Assembly: GCA_009783465.1 (NCBI GenBank)
Contig: WRDM01000002.1
Span: 42,097-106,096, forward strand
DNA: 64,000 nucleotides
Reading direction: 5' to 3'
DNA from: Phycisphaerae bacterium
GTDB lineage: Bacteria > Planctomycetota > Phycisphaerae > SM23-33
The translations under genes and the position numbers were made by a program. Positions 34,869 through 45,168 of this stretch are shown here, in pieces; within the stretch, counting starts at the first letter, position 1; every line of letters starts with the position of its first letter. The notes beneath the pieces were generated by a model. It searched no databases and was not told the origin of the DNA. It saw only the letters and a program-made list of their open reading frames with translations.

Positions 34869-36113
34869 TCAGTCCTGGCCCATCATCTCGAGATAGAGTT
34901 TTTCGTGGGCGGCGACCATGGTATCGACGGCGAAGGTTTCGGCGCGGCGGCGGGCGACGGTGGCCATGTGACGGCGGAGTGGCGTGTCGTGGGCGAGGCG
35001 TATCATGGCCTCGGCGAGGGCGGCAGGGTTTTCGGGCGGGATGAGCAGGCCGGTTTGGCCGGGGAGCATGACGTCGCGGAGTCCCTCGACGTCGGTGGCG
35101 ATCACGGGCAGCGAGGCGGCCATCGCTTCGACCGCCGACAGGCCAAACCCTTCCCAGCGGCTTGGCATGACCAGGAAATCGCCCGCAGAGTACAGGCCCG
35201 CGATCTCGTCAACAAACCCCGGAAACACCACCCGTACCGCCCCGTCGGCAGGCTGATTCCGCACAAATTCCTCGACCATCCCCTGCCAAGGCCCCTGCCC
35301 GGCGATGGCAACGACAAGCCGGGCCCGTGACGCGGGCGTCTCGCCCGCGTTGTGTGATCCATAGGCCTGGCCGTTAGAGGACGAACAAGCGTCTTCGCCT
35401 CCAGACGCGGACGAGACATCCGCGAGACACGCGGGCAAGATGCCCGCGTCACGTGGCCCCAACCGCTGGGCCGCCAGCGGCAACGCCTGGAGCAGAATGT
35501 CCAGCCCCTTCTGATCACATAACCGGCCGGCCCAGACGGCCAACCGATCCGCCTCGCCGACGCCAAGCCGCTCCCGCCACGCCAAGCCTCGCGACGCGTT
35601 CCGTGCATACGCGGCCAGGTCGATGCCGTTTTCGATCGTCACGCACCGCCGGGGCGAAATCCCCGACCGCCGAATGTGGTCCGCCCGCACGCTCTCCGAC
35701 ACGCACACGACAGGCCCGCGACGCTGGAACAGCCGACCGTACAGACTCCGCCACGGCAGAAACCGCCGCTCGGCTACGTGAACGGTGTGGGCCACGCGCG
35801 GCACGCCCGCCAGCCTCGCCGCCAGCCGCCCGGCCAGGTCGGCGTGGAACAAATGCGTGTGCACCATATCAAACCGCCCCGCCGCCAGCCATCGCGACAG
35901 CTCGCGAACCTTCAGCACGTCCCACTTGCCCGCCACGCCGAGCACGAACACCTCCACGCCGGCATCGCGAAGCCGCTCAGCGACGGCCCCGCCACGCAAC
36001 GCCGCCACACTCACACCAAACCGCGACCGGTCCAGCCGCGTCGCCAACTCATACACCACCCGCTCGGCGCCGGCGGGGGCAAGCTCGGTGATCATTTCAC
36101 ACACGCGAATCAT
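34869..36113 (-). CDS. GT4-family glycosyltransferase carrying in-frame palindromic element
   Basis: GT-B fold group-1 glycosyltransferase motifs (EGFGLSAVEAMAASLPVIATDVEG); internal ...ASGGEDACSSSNGQAYGSHNAGETPASRARLVV... encoded by element 35325-35456. Confidence 0.7.
   Translation of the reverse strand: MIRVCEMITELAPAGAERVVYELATRLDRSRFGVSVAALRGGAVAERLRDAGVEVFVLGVAGKWDVLKVRELSRWLAAGRFDMVHTHLFHADLAGRLAARLAGVPRVAHTVHVAERRFLPWRSLYGRLFQRRGPVVCVSESVRADHIRRSGISPRRCVTIENGIDLAAYARNASRGLAWRERLGVGEADRLAVWAGRLCDQKGLDILLQALPLAAQRLGPRDAGILPACLADVSSASGGEDACSSSNGQAYGSHNAGETPASRARLVVAIAGQGPWQGMVEEFVRNQPADGAVRVVFPGFVDEIAGLYSAGDFLVMPSRWEGFGLSAVEAMAASLPVIATDVEGLRDVMLPGQTGLLIPPENPAALAEAMIRLAHDTPLRRHMATVARRRAETFAVDTMVAAHEKLYLEMMGQD
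35325..35456 (+). repeat. in-frame palindromic element (IPE family) inside GT4 glycosyltransferase gene
   Basis: CCGTGACGCGGGCGTCTCGCCCGCGTTGTG...GACGCGGACGAGACATCCGCGAGACACGCGGGCAAGATGCCCGCGTCACGTG. Confidence 0.85.
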
Positions 36114-36197
36114 ATCGACGAATCATACCGGAGAACGCGACCGCTAGCCAACAGGCAGGGAAAACGCACAGGCGAACGCGTATGCGCTCCTCTTGCA

Positions 36198-36345
36198 CGC
36201 CCTTCGCCTTCAGGCGCCACTGGCCACAGGCCCTGCCAGTTTGCGTTGCAGATCGTTGTGACAACCGAAGCGTTCTGTCGCTCACGACGTTTTACAACGC
36301 AAACTGGCAGGGCCTGTGGCCAGTGGCGCCTGAAGGCGAAGGGCG
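36198..36345. repeat. large near-perfect palindrome (BPAL family, 148 nt)
   Basis: gcccttcgccttcaggcgccactggccacaggccctgccagtttgcgttg...caacgcaaactggcagggcctgtggccagtggcgcctgaaggcgaagggcg. Confidence 0.85.
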
Positions 36346-36357
36346 ATAGTGAAACAA

Positions 36358-36392
36358 AAAAGGGCCGCAGCCTCCTGAGGCTGCGGCCCCTG
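36358..36392 (-). terminator. rho-independent terminator for PEP-CTERM gene 36483..37712
   Basis: Minus-strand GGCCGCAGCCUCAGGAGGCUGCGGCC stem-loop followed by CUUUUUUGUUUC. Confidence 0.6.
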
Positions 36393-36482
36393 CGAACTTC
36401 CTGAGACCCTGCGAGGTAGGCGTCAGGAGCCGGCCCTGTGGAGGCCGTTTCGCGGTTGTGGCTGATGTGGCCCCTGGCCGCA

Positions 36483-37712
36483 TCAGACGATTCGACGACG
36501 GCGGCTCAGCATCGCCACCCCGCCCACCGCCAGCAACGCCATCGTCGCCGGCTCGGGAATGTACGCGGGGTCCCTGCCCATCACCACGAAGCCGTCATAG
36601 TCGTTCAGGTTGTTGCTGACGAACGTCAGTGTTCCGTCGGATTCATACATGAAGACGTCCGGCACGAACTGCACCCATCCTTCGCCGTCGGCGTTGGTGT
36701 AGTGCTGCCAGAACACAAGGTTCTCCACGTCCTGGCCAAGACCGATGTTGATCGTGAACGCGGCCTGGGCGTCGATGGCGATGTCATACCACCAGCCCGA
36801 CAACACGACGGAATCCGTGTCCGGCGCCCGCACGACATCGCGTTCGGCCTGCGACAGCACGTTGAACGTCGCCTGGAATTGCGCCATGCCGTTTTTGCCT
36901 TCCGAGTTGTACGTCAACTTCTGGCCGGTGGCGGTGTCGGTGATGACGACCCGATCGCCCCAGTACATCTGGAACGCCTGGCCCGTCTGGCCTGTTTGCA
37001 TGGCCGTGAGGACGCTAAAGCTCCCGCCGTTCAAGTATGCGGTCCATACGCCGCCAAAGGTTTTGACCGGCACATCCAGCAGGCCCGTGGGGCTCTTAAT
37101 GGGCTGATAGATTTTACCACTGGCCAGCGTGCTGTCGGCGATCAGAAACGTCGTTCCGAACATGCCGTTGAGCGACTCCACCGTCAACTGATTGTTGCCC
37201 GTGACCTTGATCCCAAGCCGACCCTGTCCGCCAACCGCCAATTCCTTGGTCGTCAACGTCGCCCCTCCGGACAATGTCAGCATGGCACCGTATTGACCGG
37301 ATTCTCCACTGCCCGAGGCTTCCACATGCACTTTGTTGGCGTTCAGATGCGTGCCAGCACCGTCCAGACGAACCGACGCCACCGACGCCCGATCGCCAAT
37401 GAACGAGACCGCCATCAATGAATCGATATTCATCGTGGCGCCGCCAAGCACGTGCATCCAACTGTCGCTGGAATACAAATAGATCCTGTGGGCCGGGCCG
37501 TTCCAGGCCGACCCAGGCCCCTGGACCGTCACCGTAGTCGGGCCGCTGGGACTGATGCCCAGGTAGATGTCGGATGTCTGGTCATAGACAAACCCGTCAT
37601 CGACCACGATGTCGTTCCCTGTTGCCGCCCATGCCGGCTGAGCCAACATCAACAACAGCGCCAAGGAAATCACGGCGAAACCAGGAATCATTCTATACTT
37701 ACGACTATTCAT
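36483..37712 (-). CDS. PEP-CTERM sorting-domain secreted protein
   Basis: Signal peptide MIPGFAVISLALLLMLAQPAWA; C-terminus IPEPATMALLAVGGVAMLSRRRRIV. Confidence 0.7.
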   Translation of the reverse strand: MNSRKYRMIPGFAVISLALLLMLAQPAWAATGNDIVVDDGFVYDQTSDIYLGISPSGPTTVTVQGPGSAWNGPAHRIYLYSSDSWMHVLGGATMNIDSLMAVSFIGDRASVASVRLDGAGTHLNANKVHVEASGSGESGQYGAMLTLSGGATLTTKELAVGGQGRLGIKVTGNNQLTVESLNGMFGTTFLIADSTLASGKIYQPIKSPTGLLDVPVKTFGGVWTAYLNGGSFSVLTAMQTGQTGQAFQMYWGDRVVITDTATGQKLTYNSEGKNGMAQFQATFNVLSQAERDVVRAPDTDSVVLSGWWYDIAIDAQAAFTINIGLGQDVENLVFWQHYTNADGEGWVQFVPDVFMYESDGTLTFVSNNLNDYDGFVVMGRDPAYIPEPATMALLAVGGVAMLSRRRRIV

Positions 37713-37951
37713 ACTTCCTCTCCTTATTGGAGGGCTGTCCTAAAAGCCCTCTAGTTCGTGTCTTTCGGTCTGACAGAAAAATACAATACACAGCACGAAA
37801 CGACAAAATTATTCACACACAAACCAGATAATTATATTGCGGATGATTTTCTTGCTACAGATGTGTACGTCTTATCGCCCCGCCGAGAGCAAATACCTCC
37901 ACCCCGGCGGCACGTTTTCACCAATGAACGCCCGATCGTGAAAGAAAAAAG

Positions 37952-37986
37952 GCCGCAACCTCCTAAGGCTGCGGCCTCTGTGAGCT
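37952..37986 (-). terminator. rho-independent terminator for PEP-CTERM gene 38049..39263 (paralogous to 36358..36392)
   Basis: Minus-strand GGCCGCAGCCUUAGGAGGUUGCGGCC hairpin followed by U-run; 3' flank conserved with the paralog. Confidence 0.55.
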
Positions 37987-38048
37987 TCCTGAAGCCCTGC
38001 GAGGTAGGCATCAGAGATCGGCCACTGTGGAGGCCGTTTCGCATCACA

Positions 38049-39263
38049 TTATCGTCGACGACGGCGACTCAGCAGCGCCGCCCCGCCTGCCGCCAGCAAC
38101 AGCACCGTCGCTGGCTCGGGAATGTTCGTAGGATCCATGCCCGTCACCACGAAGCCGTCATAGTTGCTGAGATTACTGCTGATGAAGGACAGCGTTCCGT
38201 CTTTCTCATACGTGTAGAGTTCCGGCGTGAATTGCTCCCACTGGCCTGTCGTGGAACGCTGCCAGAACACAAGGCCCTCCACGTCCTGACCCACGCCGAT
38301 GTTGAGTGTAAACATGGCTTGGCTGCTGCCAATGATATCGTGCCACCAGCCGGACAGTACCGTCAGTGTGTCATCCAGCGCCCGCACCGCGTCGAGTTCC
38401 GACTGTGACATCACGCTGAACACCGTCTGGATCGTCCCTGGGGTGCTGCTCCATTCAGCGCTGTACGTCAACTGTTTTCCGGTAGCGGAGTCGGTGATAA
38501 CGGCCCGATCGCCATGATTCATCGCAAACGTCTGGCCTGTGGCGCCCGCCACCGCGTCGGTGACGGTAAAGTTCCCCGTCTTCGCGTCCCATGTGCCACC
38601 AAACACTCGGACAGTACCCCCCGTGTTCGTGTACGTAATCTTGACGGGCGTATACGTGCCGTTGGCCAGATTGTTGTCGGCCATCAGGAAAATGGTTCCG
38701 CATTGCAACGTGTTTATTGTCAACTGATCGTTTCCCGTGACCTTGACACCGACTCGCCCATTTCCGTAAACATTCAGGGTCCCGATGTCCGCCGTGGCTC
38801 CGCCCGTAAACGTAAGCATGCATCGGCTTGTGCTAGTGCCCACATCCACCATGCCGGCATTCAGATACGTTCCGGCACCGTCGAAACGGGCCGCCGCCTT
38901 GCCGTGATCGGGATTGGCAGCTATCGACAAATCGTTGCCGACATACATCTTGGCGCCATCAGACACATGGACAAAGCTGCTTCTCACGAGAAGTGCATAG
39001 GCCGAGCCGTTCCATACCGTGCCAGGGCCTTTTACCGTCAACAGGCACTGGCCTTCGAAACGGCCCATGTCAAATGTGCCGGTTGGACTAAAGACCGACC
39101 CGTCGTCGATCACCATGCTCCCAACACCCGTCTTGCCCATGTACAAATCGCCCACGTCGCCTTCCTTAACAATCGCCGCCCAAGTTGGCAGGGCCGACAT
39201 CATCAGCAACACCAGGATGGCCATTACGACACTCGGAACAATGTAATTTCTACGACCGTTCAT
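38049..39263 (-). CDS. PEP-CTERM sorting-domain secreted protein (paralog of 36483..37712)
   Basis: Signal peptide MNGRRNYIVPSVVMAILVLLMMSALPTWA; C-terminus IPEPATVLLLAAGGAALLSRRRRR; ~45% identity to neighbour over full length. Confidence 0.7.
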   Translation of the reverse strand: MNGRRNYIVPSVVMAILVLLMMSALPTWAAIVKEGDVGDLYMGKTGVGSMVIDDGSVFSPTGTFDMGRFEGQCLLTVKGPGTVWNGSAYALLVRSSFVHVSDGAKMYVGNDLSIAANPDHGKAAARFDGAGTYLNAGMVDVGTSTSRCMLTFTGGATADIGTLNVYGNGRVGVKVTGNDQLTINTLQCGTIFLMADNNLANGTYTPVKITYTNTGGTVRVFGGTWDAKTGNFTVTDAVAGATGQTFAMNHGDRAVITDSATGKQLTYSAEWSSTPGTIQTVFSVMSQSELDAVRALDDTLTVLSGWWHDIIGSSQAMFTLNIGVGQDVEGLVFWQRSTTGQWEQFTPELYTYEKDGTLSFISSNLSNYDGFVVTGMDPTNIPEPATVLLLAAGGAALLSRRRRR

Positions 39264-39530
39264 GTTTCCTCTCCTTGTTATTCGAAGGTTGTCACAAAAA
39301 CCTTCTAGTTCGCAGCTTTCGGCCAATAGAAAAATACGATAGACACAGCGCGAATGTTAAATTATTCACAATCAATCTGAACAATTTATTAAAATCGTCG
39401 ACTCCGATGGATTCTTATAAACTGTCCGTCATATAACGTGAAGGCCGTAACAACAGGGAAAGCACGGCAAAAGTTTGTCCTGACTTTCGGCGGCTGGCAT
39501 GTTGTCGCCCCGCCGAGTACAATCGTCCGC

Positions 39531-41486
39531 ATGGCCGACGCCTCGAAACCCGTTGCCCTCGCCGATTCCATCGCCGCCATGCCCACGCGGGGCGGAGCAT
39601 CCTTGCGGGGGGTGCTGTTGAAGGAGTTGCTCGTTGTCAGCCGGCGGGGGCGGAGTTATGTGTTGCGGGCGGCGTACCTGGTTGCGCTGGGCGTCTACGT
39701 CGTGGGCGTATATCTTTCGCTCGTGTCCGGCGACGGTGTCAGCAGTTACGACAGCTATCAGATGGCCCAACTGGGCAAAACCGTCACCGCGTACATTGTT
39801 TTCTTTCAGTTGGCCGGGGCGACGCTCGTGGCCGTCGCGCTGGCGAGCACCGCGCTGCACGAGGAGATCCGTCGCCGCACGCTGACAGCCCTGCTCGTCA
39901 CACCCTTGAGCGACTGGCAGATCGTCGTCGGCAAGCTCCTCGGCAGGCTGATGCCGCTGCTGACGCTGGTCCTGCTGATTCTCCCGCTGCTGGGCGTGGT
40001 GCGGGTCTTCGGCGGCGTGGAGTTCACGTACCTTCTCGCGGCCACGGGGTTGACGCTTTGTTGGGCGGCGTTGGCGGGCGCGTTCACGATGTACGTTTCG
40101 TTGCGTTGTCGAGGCCCGTTCGTCACCGCCGCCACGTCGGTCGGCCTGATCGCCGTCCACTGCCTGATGACGGGTTTGATGCCGGTTTGCTGCATCATGA
40201 CCATCCTGCCGGGCCTGATGGCCAATCCGTTCCTCGCGATGACGGCGTTGACGATCGATCTTCTCCATCCCGGAAGCGGCATCCTCTCCGCGTACGTGCA
40301 TACGCTGTGGCCAATCCAGTGCGTCATCATGCTCGGTTTGGCGTGGCTGTTCACGTACCTGACAGGCCAGCGGCTCCGCGTTGTCGCGGCGGAACGGCTG
40401 TTCGGCGGCGAGGTCCGCGAGGCCCCGCTCTTCGACGCGACCTCGCAACAACGCGTCCTGCACGCCCTCGGATCGACGCCCGCCGTGCTCATGCCGCCGC
40501 TGCCAGCCACGGCCTCGCCGCCACCTGCGAGCATCGCGACGGCCGCCCCACCGCCATGGCCGCTCGCCTCGCCACCGCTGCCCTACTCCGCCGAAATCCC
40601 GAGGCCTGTCCCCGCGCCGCCGGGCCCGACGCGACAACCCGACCGACGCGAGACCATCCGCTCCGTCCGCGGATCGCCCGTTCTCTGGAAAGAACTCCGC
40701 CAACAACTCCACCATCGTCTGCCGAAGTGGCTGTTCCTGGCCATCATGTTCGTCATCACCGTCACGTACACCGTGCTCATCACGACGGGCGCCATCACCT
40801 CGCGAATCACGCAGGCCTACATGATGAACATCTGGCTGGGTGTCCTGCTCGTGCCGCTGCTGTTGGCCCTGTCCAACGCGCTCGCCGGCGAACGCGAAAG
40901 TCGAAGCCTCACCGCCCTGCTCACCACGCCCCTGAGCGACTGGCGAATCCTGCGCGACAAAGCCGTCGGCGCGTTCCTGACCGCCTGGCCTGGCTGGATG
41001 ATCTTCGCCATCCACCTGATCATCTTCGGCCTGCTGGGCGTGCTGCATCCGCTCGGACTGGCGCTGGCGGGGCTGGCCATCCTCAGCGTGGTCGGGCTGC
41101 ATCTGGGCGCGGGGTTGTGGCTGGGATCAAAACTCAAACGCCCCGCCGCCGTGCTGATGGGAAACGCCCTGCTGGCCGGCACGCTCTGGGCGGGCCTGCC
41201 GGCCGTGGCGAAACTCCTCCGCCGCGTGCTGCCATGGGACGGCTGGGACACCGTGCTCCGTTCCAACCCGTTCATGCAAATCTACGTCGCGATCAAGGGG
41301 GTCCATTGGGACCCCACAACGGCGTTCAAAACCATAATCCATTTCCAATGGCCAGGCTATGATTGGCCAGACCAGGATTTCACCTTCACCGCCCTGACCA
41401 TCGTCGGCTGGTCCGCACTCTACCTCGCCGCCGCAGCCGTCATGGTCGTTCTGGCGAAACGGAATTTACGGAACGATATGCTGTAG
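39531..41486 (+). CDS. tandem-duplicated ABC-2 family transporter permease (two 6-TM halves)
   Basis: Both halves carry LLxTPLSDW(Q/R)I(V/L) signature of ABC-2 permeases (res ~90 and ~420 of ORF) with a Pro/Ala-rich linker between. Confidence 0.45.
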   Translation: MADASKPVALADSIAAMPTRGGASLRGVLLKELLVVSRRGRSYVLRAAYLVALGVYVVGVYLSLVSGDGVSSYDSYQMAQLGKTVTAYIVFFQLAGATLVAVALASTALHEEIRRRTLTALLVTPLSDWQIVVGKLLGRLMPLLTLVLLILPLLGVVRVFGGVEFTYLLAATGLTLCWAALAGAFTMYVSLRCRGPFVTAATSVGLIAVHCLMTGLMPVCCIMTILPGLMANPFLAMTALTIDLLHPGSGILSAYVHTLWPIQCVIMLGLAWLFTYLTGQRLRVVAAERLFGGEVREAPLFDATSQQRVLHALGSTPAVLMPPLPATASPPPASIATAAPPPWPLASPPLPYSAEIPRPVPAPPGPTRQPDRRETIRSVRGSPVLWKELRQQLHHRLPKWLFLAIMFVITVTYTVLITTGAITSRITQAYMMNIWLGVLLVPLLLALSNALAGERESRSLTALLTTPLSDWRILRDKAVGAFLTAWPGWMIFAIHLIIFGLLGVLHPLGLALAGLAILSVVGLHLGAGLWLGSKLKRPAAVLMGNALLAGTLWAGLPAVAKLLRRVLPWDGWDTVLRSNPFMQIYVAIKGVHWDPTTAFKTIIHFQWPGYDWPDQDFTFTALTIVGWSALYLAAAAVMVVLAKRNLRNDML

Positions 41487-41607
41487 GGTAGCGTTATTTT
41501 TACCACAGAGGCACAGAGAACCACAGAGAGAAGAGGAAAACGTCTACACTATTTCCTCTTCTCTCTGTGGTTCTCTGTGCCTCTGTGGTAAAAATAACGC
41601 TACCCTC
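41485..41607. repeat. 'ggtaaaaa/cacagag' family, full 123-nt palindrome
   Basis: agggtagcgttatttttaccacagaggcacagagaaccacagagagaagaggaaa...tttcctcttctctctgtggttctctgtgcctctgtggtaaaaataacgctaccct. Confidence 0.85.
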
Positions 41608-42293
41608 TAGGCACGTCGTCCCCGCCGTCGCCACAGGGCCAGCGCACCGCCGGCGGCCAGCAGTGTCAGCGTGGCCGGTTCGGGGACCTCCGCCTTGACG
41701 TAATCCTTCGGCGTCAGCGCGATGCCGGCGATGCCGGTGACGTCATAGGGCGCCGTCGAGTTGAAGGCGGCTTCGACGGTGATTTGAACTCCCTTCACAT
41801 TGCGAAGGATCATCTGCCAGACCAGCTCCCCCCCCGTGATGCCCCAGGCCGACGCCGTCATCGGCACCTCGAAATGTTCCCATTCCGTGGTCCCCAGCGC
41901 CGCCACGTCCGCCGCCGAGGCCACCGTGTACTTGTACGAGCCGCTCGACGTCACGAGCGTCAACACGATGGGAAGATGCTCCATAACCCCTTCGCCATAC
42001 GTGAAGACCTTGAAATCGAACGCAAGGATGCCTCCGTTGTAATCCAGCAGATTGCCGACGAACTTGTCGGGAGCGACGATCGTTCCCCACCCGTCGCCCA
42101 GATCGGTGAACCGGAGATACCCGTCGTCGCCGGACGGCCCTCCCGTGCTGACCCAATCCAGTTTCACGTTATTGATCCCGGTCCAGCCGTCCAGACCCGC
42201 GGCAAAGGTGCTCTCCACCGGAACCACCGCCGCGCCCGCAGAAACCGCCGCAACGGCCAACACCATCATGAGGCTTCCAACAACCCATTTCAT
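41607..42293 (-). CDS. PEP-CTERM sorting-domain secreted protein (small)
   Basis: Signal peptide MKWVVGSLMMVLAVAAVSAGAAVV; C-terminus VPEPATLTLLAAGGALALWRRRGRRA. Confidence 0.65.
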   Translation of the reverse strand: MKWVVGSLMMVLAVAAVSAGAAVVPVESTFAAGLDGWTGINNVKLDWVSTGGPSGDDGYLRFTDLGDGWGTIVAPDKFVGNLLDYNGGILAFDFKVFTYGEGVMEHLPIVLTLVTSSGSYKYTVASAADVAALGTTEWEHFEVPMTASAWGITGGELVWQMILRNVKGVQITVEAAFNSTAPYDVTGIAGIALTPKDYVKAEVPEPATLTLLAAGGALALWRRRGRRA

Positions 42294-42460
42294 TTCAATT
42301 CTCCTCCACGTCCACATGAATTAATGAGTAAAACCACTCAGGATATTCCCACTATACAAGCACCCATGAGGTCCGGCAAGGGGATCGCGTCGCAACGCAG
42401 GGCGAACACGTTCCCGTGACTCGACGGTAAAATCGCATGGCCAGTTCGAGGGACCCCCTC

Positions 42461-42522
42461 GTTACCTCGTTAACTGGTTGACTCGTTAACTCGGGAAACG
42501 CCGCCAGTCAACGAGTTAACGA
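42461..42522. repeat. GTTAAC-rich palindromic repeat
   Basis: gttacctcgttaactggttgactcgttaactcgggaaacgccgccagtcaacgagttaacgaag. Confidence 0.7.
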
Positions 42523-42651
42523 AGATGTCCCCTCAAAGAAACGGCACCTGTTCACCCCGACGCCACGAGAATGCGTTTGCCCTGAATCGCTGTGTCGAAA
42601 TCTTGAACTCCCGTTATCCCTATGGTAATCTGCGTAAATTCGGAGTCTTGT

Positions 42652-45168
42652 ATGAGCGATAAATCGTCATTGACGGCCGCTACGGCGGGATCGAAAGCCC
42701 ATCCGTGGATCTGGGTGGACGAGGACGTTCTCGGTCCAGGCCAGGTGGCATGGTTTCGGCTGCGATTCGATGCCCGCCGGGGCCAGGACGTGCGGTGGAC
42801 AGGCTTTGCCGACAGCATGTACACGTTGTATTTCAACGGGCGTGAAATGGGCGTCGGTCCGTGCACGGGATTGGCCGCCAAGCCGAGGCTGACGACGTGG
42901 AACCTGTCCTCGCTGATCTCCGACGGCAGCAACGTGCTGGCGTTGGAGGTGTGGTTCGACGACCCCAACTCGCCGCCGACCGACGTGGACATCATTCAAG
43001 CCGGCGTGCTGGGCTGGCTGAGCGTGGACGATCAGATCACGCCCACCGGCACGCAGTGGAAGGCCTGCCGGATCGCCCGCGCGGGGCTGGCCAGGAAAGA
43101 ACGCCGCAGTTTCGCCGCCCGGCGGATCACCGTGCTGGATCTGCGAGGCCGACGCAGCGACTGGCACGAACCCTTCTTCGACGACTCCCGCTGGGCGTCG
43201 GCCGTCGTGGTCGGCCGACCCGACCCGTACGAATTGCGGCACGACCCGCTCGGGCCTCTGACGTCGACGGTCCGTCCGGTGGCCTCCCTCATCGACGCGG
43301 GCGTCGCCACCGGCGGAGGCGAGGTGCAATTCGCCGACGACGTCGCCGCCCGGATGAAATCGCAGTCACACCGCAGCCTGGTGCGGAACGTCCACCGCTT
43401 CACCGTCCTCTCCACCGAGGAACGCGAAGGGCTGGCCATCTCACTGCCCCGCCCGCACCGCCTGCCGAACCTCCAGTGGACCAACGCCAACGCCGCCCCC
43501 ACAGGCCCGGTCCGCATCCCGCCCTGCGACGGCGAATTCTATCTCTGCGTCGACTTCGGCATGCAAACCAGCGGGCAGGTCTGGCTGGATATCGACTGCG
43601 CCAACACCCTCAGCGTCGACCTCGGCTACGCCGACCACCTCCGCAACGGCCGCGTCGATCCCCTGCTCCAACAGCACGCTTTCGCGGACCGCCTGATCCT
43701 CTCCAAGGGCCGGCAGTACGTCCATCTGCCGACCGATCGCGGCTTTCGCTACCTGCAAATGACCTTCAGCGGCGAGGCCACGCTGCACGAAATCTCCGTG
43801 CGCGAGCACGTCTATCCCATCGACACCCGGACACGGTTCGCGTGCAGCGACCCCACGCTCAACAGTGTGTTCGCGTTGGCCCAGACGACGGCGAGGCAGT
43901 GCTCGCTCCACTCGCACGTGGACAACGCCCGCCGCGAACGCCAGGGCTGGGGCGGGCCCGATCTCTACGCGCAGGCGCACGGCTTTTTCCACATCGCCGG
44001 CGACTTGCGGCTGACGCGGAAAATGCTCGAGGATTACGTCGATTCCTTCGACACGCACGGATTCATCCCGAATTTCTGCCCGTCGTCCATTCTGTTCCTC
44101 AAGTGGATCTCCGCGCACGACCTGTGGTTCCCTATCGTCGCGTGGGATTACATCATGTATTCCGACGACCGCGAGTTGGCCCCGCGCCTGCTGGCCGCCA
44201 GCCAGGCCGTCCTGGACTTCTACCGCCCCGACGCCAGCGGGCTGATCCTTCGCGCCCACGAAAACGCCTGCCGGTGGACCGAATGGAACATGAACTCCGC
44301 GTTCAACGCCTCGACGTGGGAGAATCTGCTGGCGATCGTCGCGTGGCGGTCCGTCTCGACCTTGCAGCGGTATCTCGGTGTGTCGGACGCCGACCAGGCC
44401 GCCGACGCCGCCAACGCGCTGGCCGCCGCCGTCAACGCCCGGCTGTGGCACGAGGAACACAACGCCCTCGCGCAGGGTACGATGGAAGACGGCAGCCTGT
44501 CGGATTTCTGTGCCCAGGTCGACAACGCCTTCGCGCTGCGGCACGACATCATCCCGCCCGACCGTGCCGAGGCGGCCTACCGATTCTGCGCCGGACGCAG
44601 CGGCACGTGGCCGACCTCGCGCAGCGGCTGGCAGGGCTACGGCCAAGGCGAACGCGTCCGCTACGACCCGCGAAAGCCCGTCGTCGCGGGCACGCCCTTC
44701 ACCAGTTCCCTGTGCGCCCAGACCATCGCGCACCTCGGCTCGCCCGCCGAGGTCGTCCAGTATCTGCGGTACAACTTCGGCGCCATGATCGACGAAGGCG
44801 AAGGCGGGCTGTGGGAGATGTGGCCGATTTTCATGCGCGAGGACGTGGCCTCGACGTGCTTCAGCCAGGGGTACGGCATCCACATCGCGGCGACGCTGAT
44901 TGGCGACGTGCTGGGGCTGCGTTTCGCCTCGCCGGGCGGTCGCGAGCTGACCTTCACGCCGCGGAACACCGGCCTGGCGTGGATCGAGGGCGAGGTGCAG
45001 ACCGTTCACGGCATCGCGCACGTCCGCCGCGAGGGCGCGAAATTCCAGTACAATCTCCCCGCCGGCGTGACGCTGCGGATCATCACGGGCCCGGCGAAAT
45101 CCGACCAGAAAATCACCGGCCAAGGCGTGGTAACCGTCCATGACCGACGTGCAAGCGACAGGCGATAG
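42652..45168 (+). CDS. glycoside hydrolase family 78-like (alpha-L-rhamnosidase-type six-hairpin) protein
   Basis: ORF trimmed to MSDKSSLTAATAG; DNARRERQGWGGPD resembles GH78 catalytic-domain DxxxRERxGWxGD motif; ~840 aa multi-domain. Confidence 0.5.
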   Translation: MSDKSSLTAATAGSKAHPWIWVDEDVLGPGQVAWFRLRFDARRGQDVRWTGFADSMYTLYFNGREMGVGPCTGLAAKPRLTTWNLSSLISDGSNVLALEVWFDDPNSPPTDVDIIQAGVLGWLSVDDQITPTGTQWKACRIARAGLARKERRSFAARRITVLDLRGRRSDWHEPFFDDSRWASAVVVGRPDPYELRHDPLGPLTSTVRPVASLIDAGVATGGGEVQFADDVAARMKSQSHRSLVRNVHRFTVLSTEEREGLAISLPRPHRLPNLQWTNANAAPTGPVRIPPCDGEFYLCVDFGMQTSGQVWLDIDCANTLSVDLGYADHLRNGRVDPLLQQHAFADRLILSKGRQYVHLPTDRGFRYLQMTFSGEATLHEISVREHVYPIDTRTRFACSDPTLNSVFALAQTTARQCSLHSHVDNARRERQGWGGPDLYAQAHGFFHIAGDLRLTRKMLEDYVDSFDTHGFIPNFCPSSILFLKWISAHDLWFPIVAWDYIMYSDDRELAPRLLAASQAVLDFYRPDASGLILRAHENACRWTEWNMNSAFNASTWENLLAIVAWRSVSTLQRYLGVSDADQAADAANALAAAVNARLWHEEHNALAQGTMEDGSLSDFCAQVDNAFALRHDIIPPDRAEAAYRFCAGRSGTWPTSRSGWQGYGQGERVRYDPRKPVVAGTPFTSSLCAQTIAHLGSPAEVVQYLRYNFGAMIDEGEGGLWEMWPIFMREDVASTCFSQGYGIHIAATLIGDVLGLRFASPGGRELTFTPRNTGLAWIEGEVQTVHGIAHVRREGAKFQYNLPAGVTLRIITGPAKSDQKITGQGVVTVHDRRASDRR

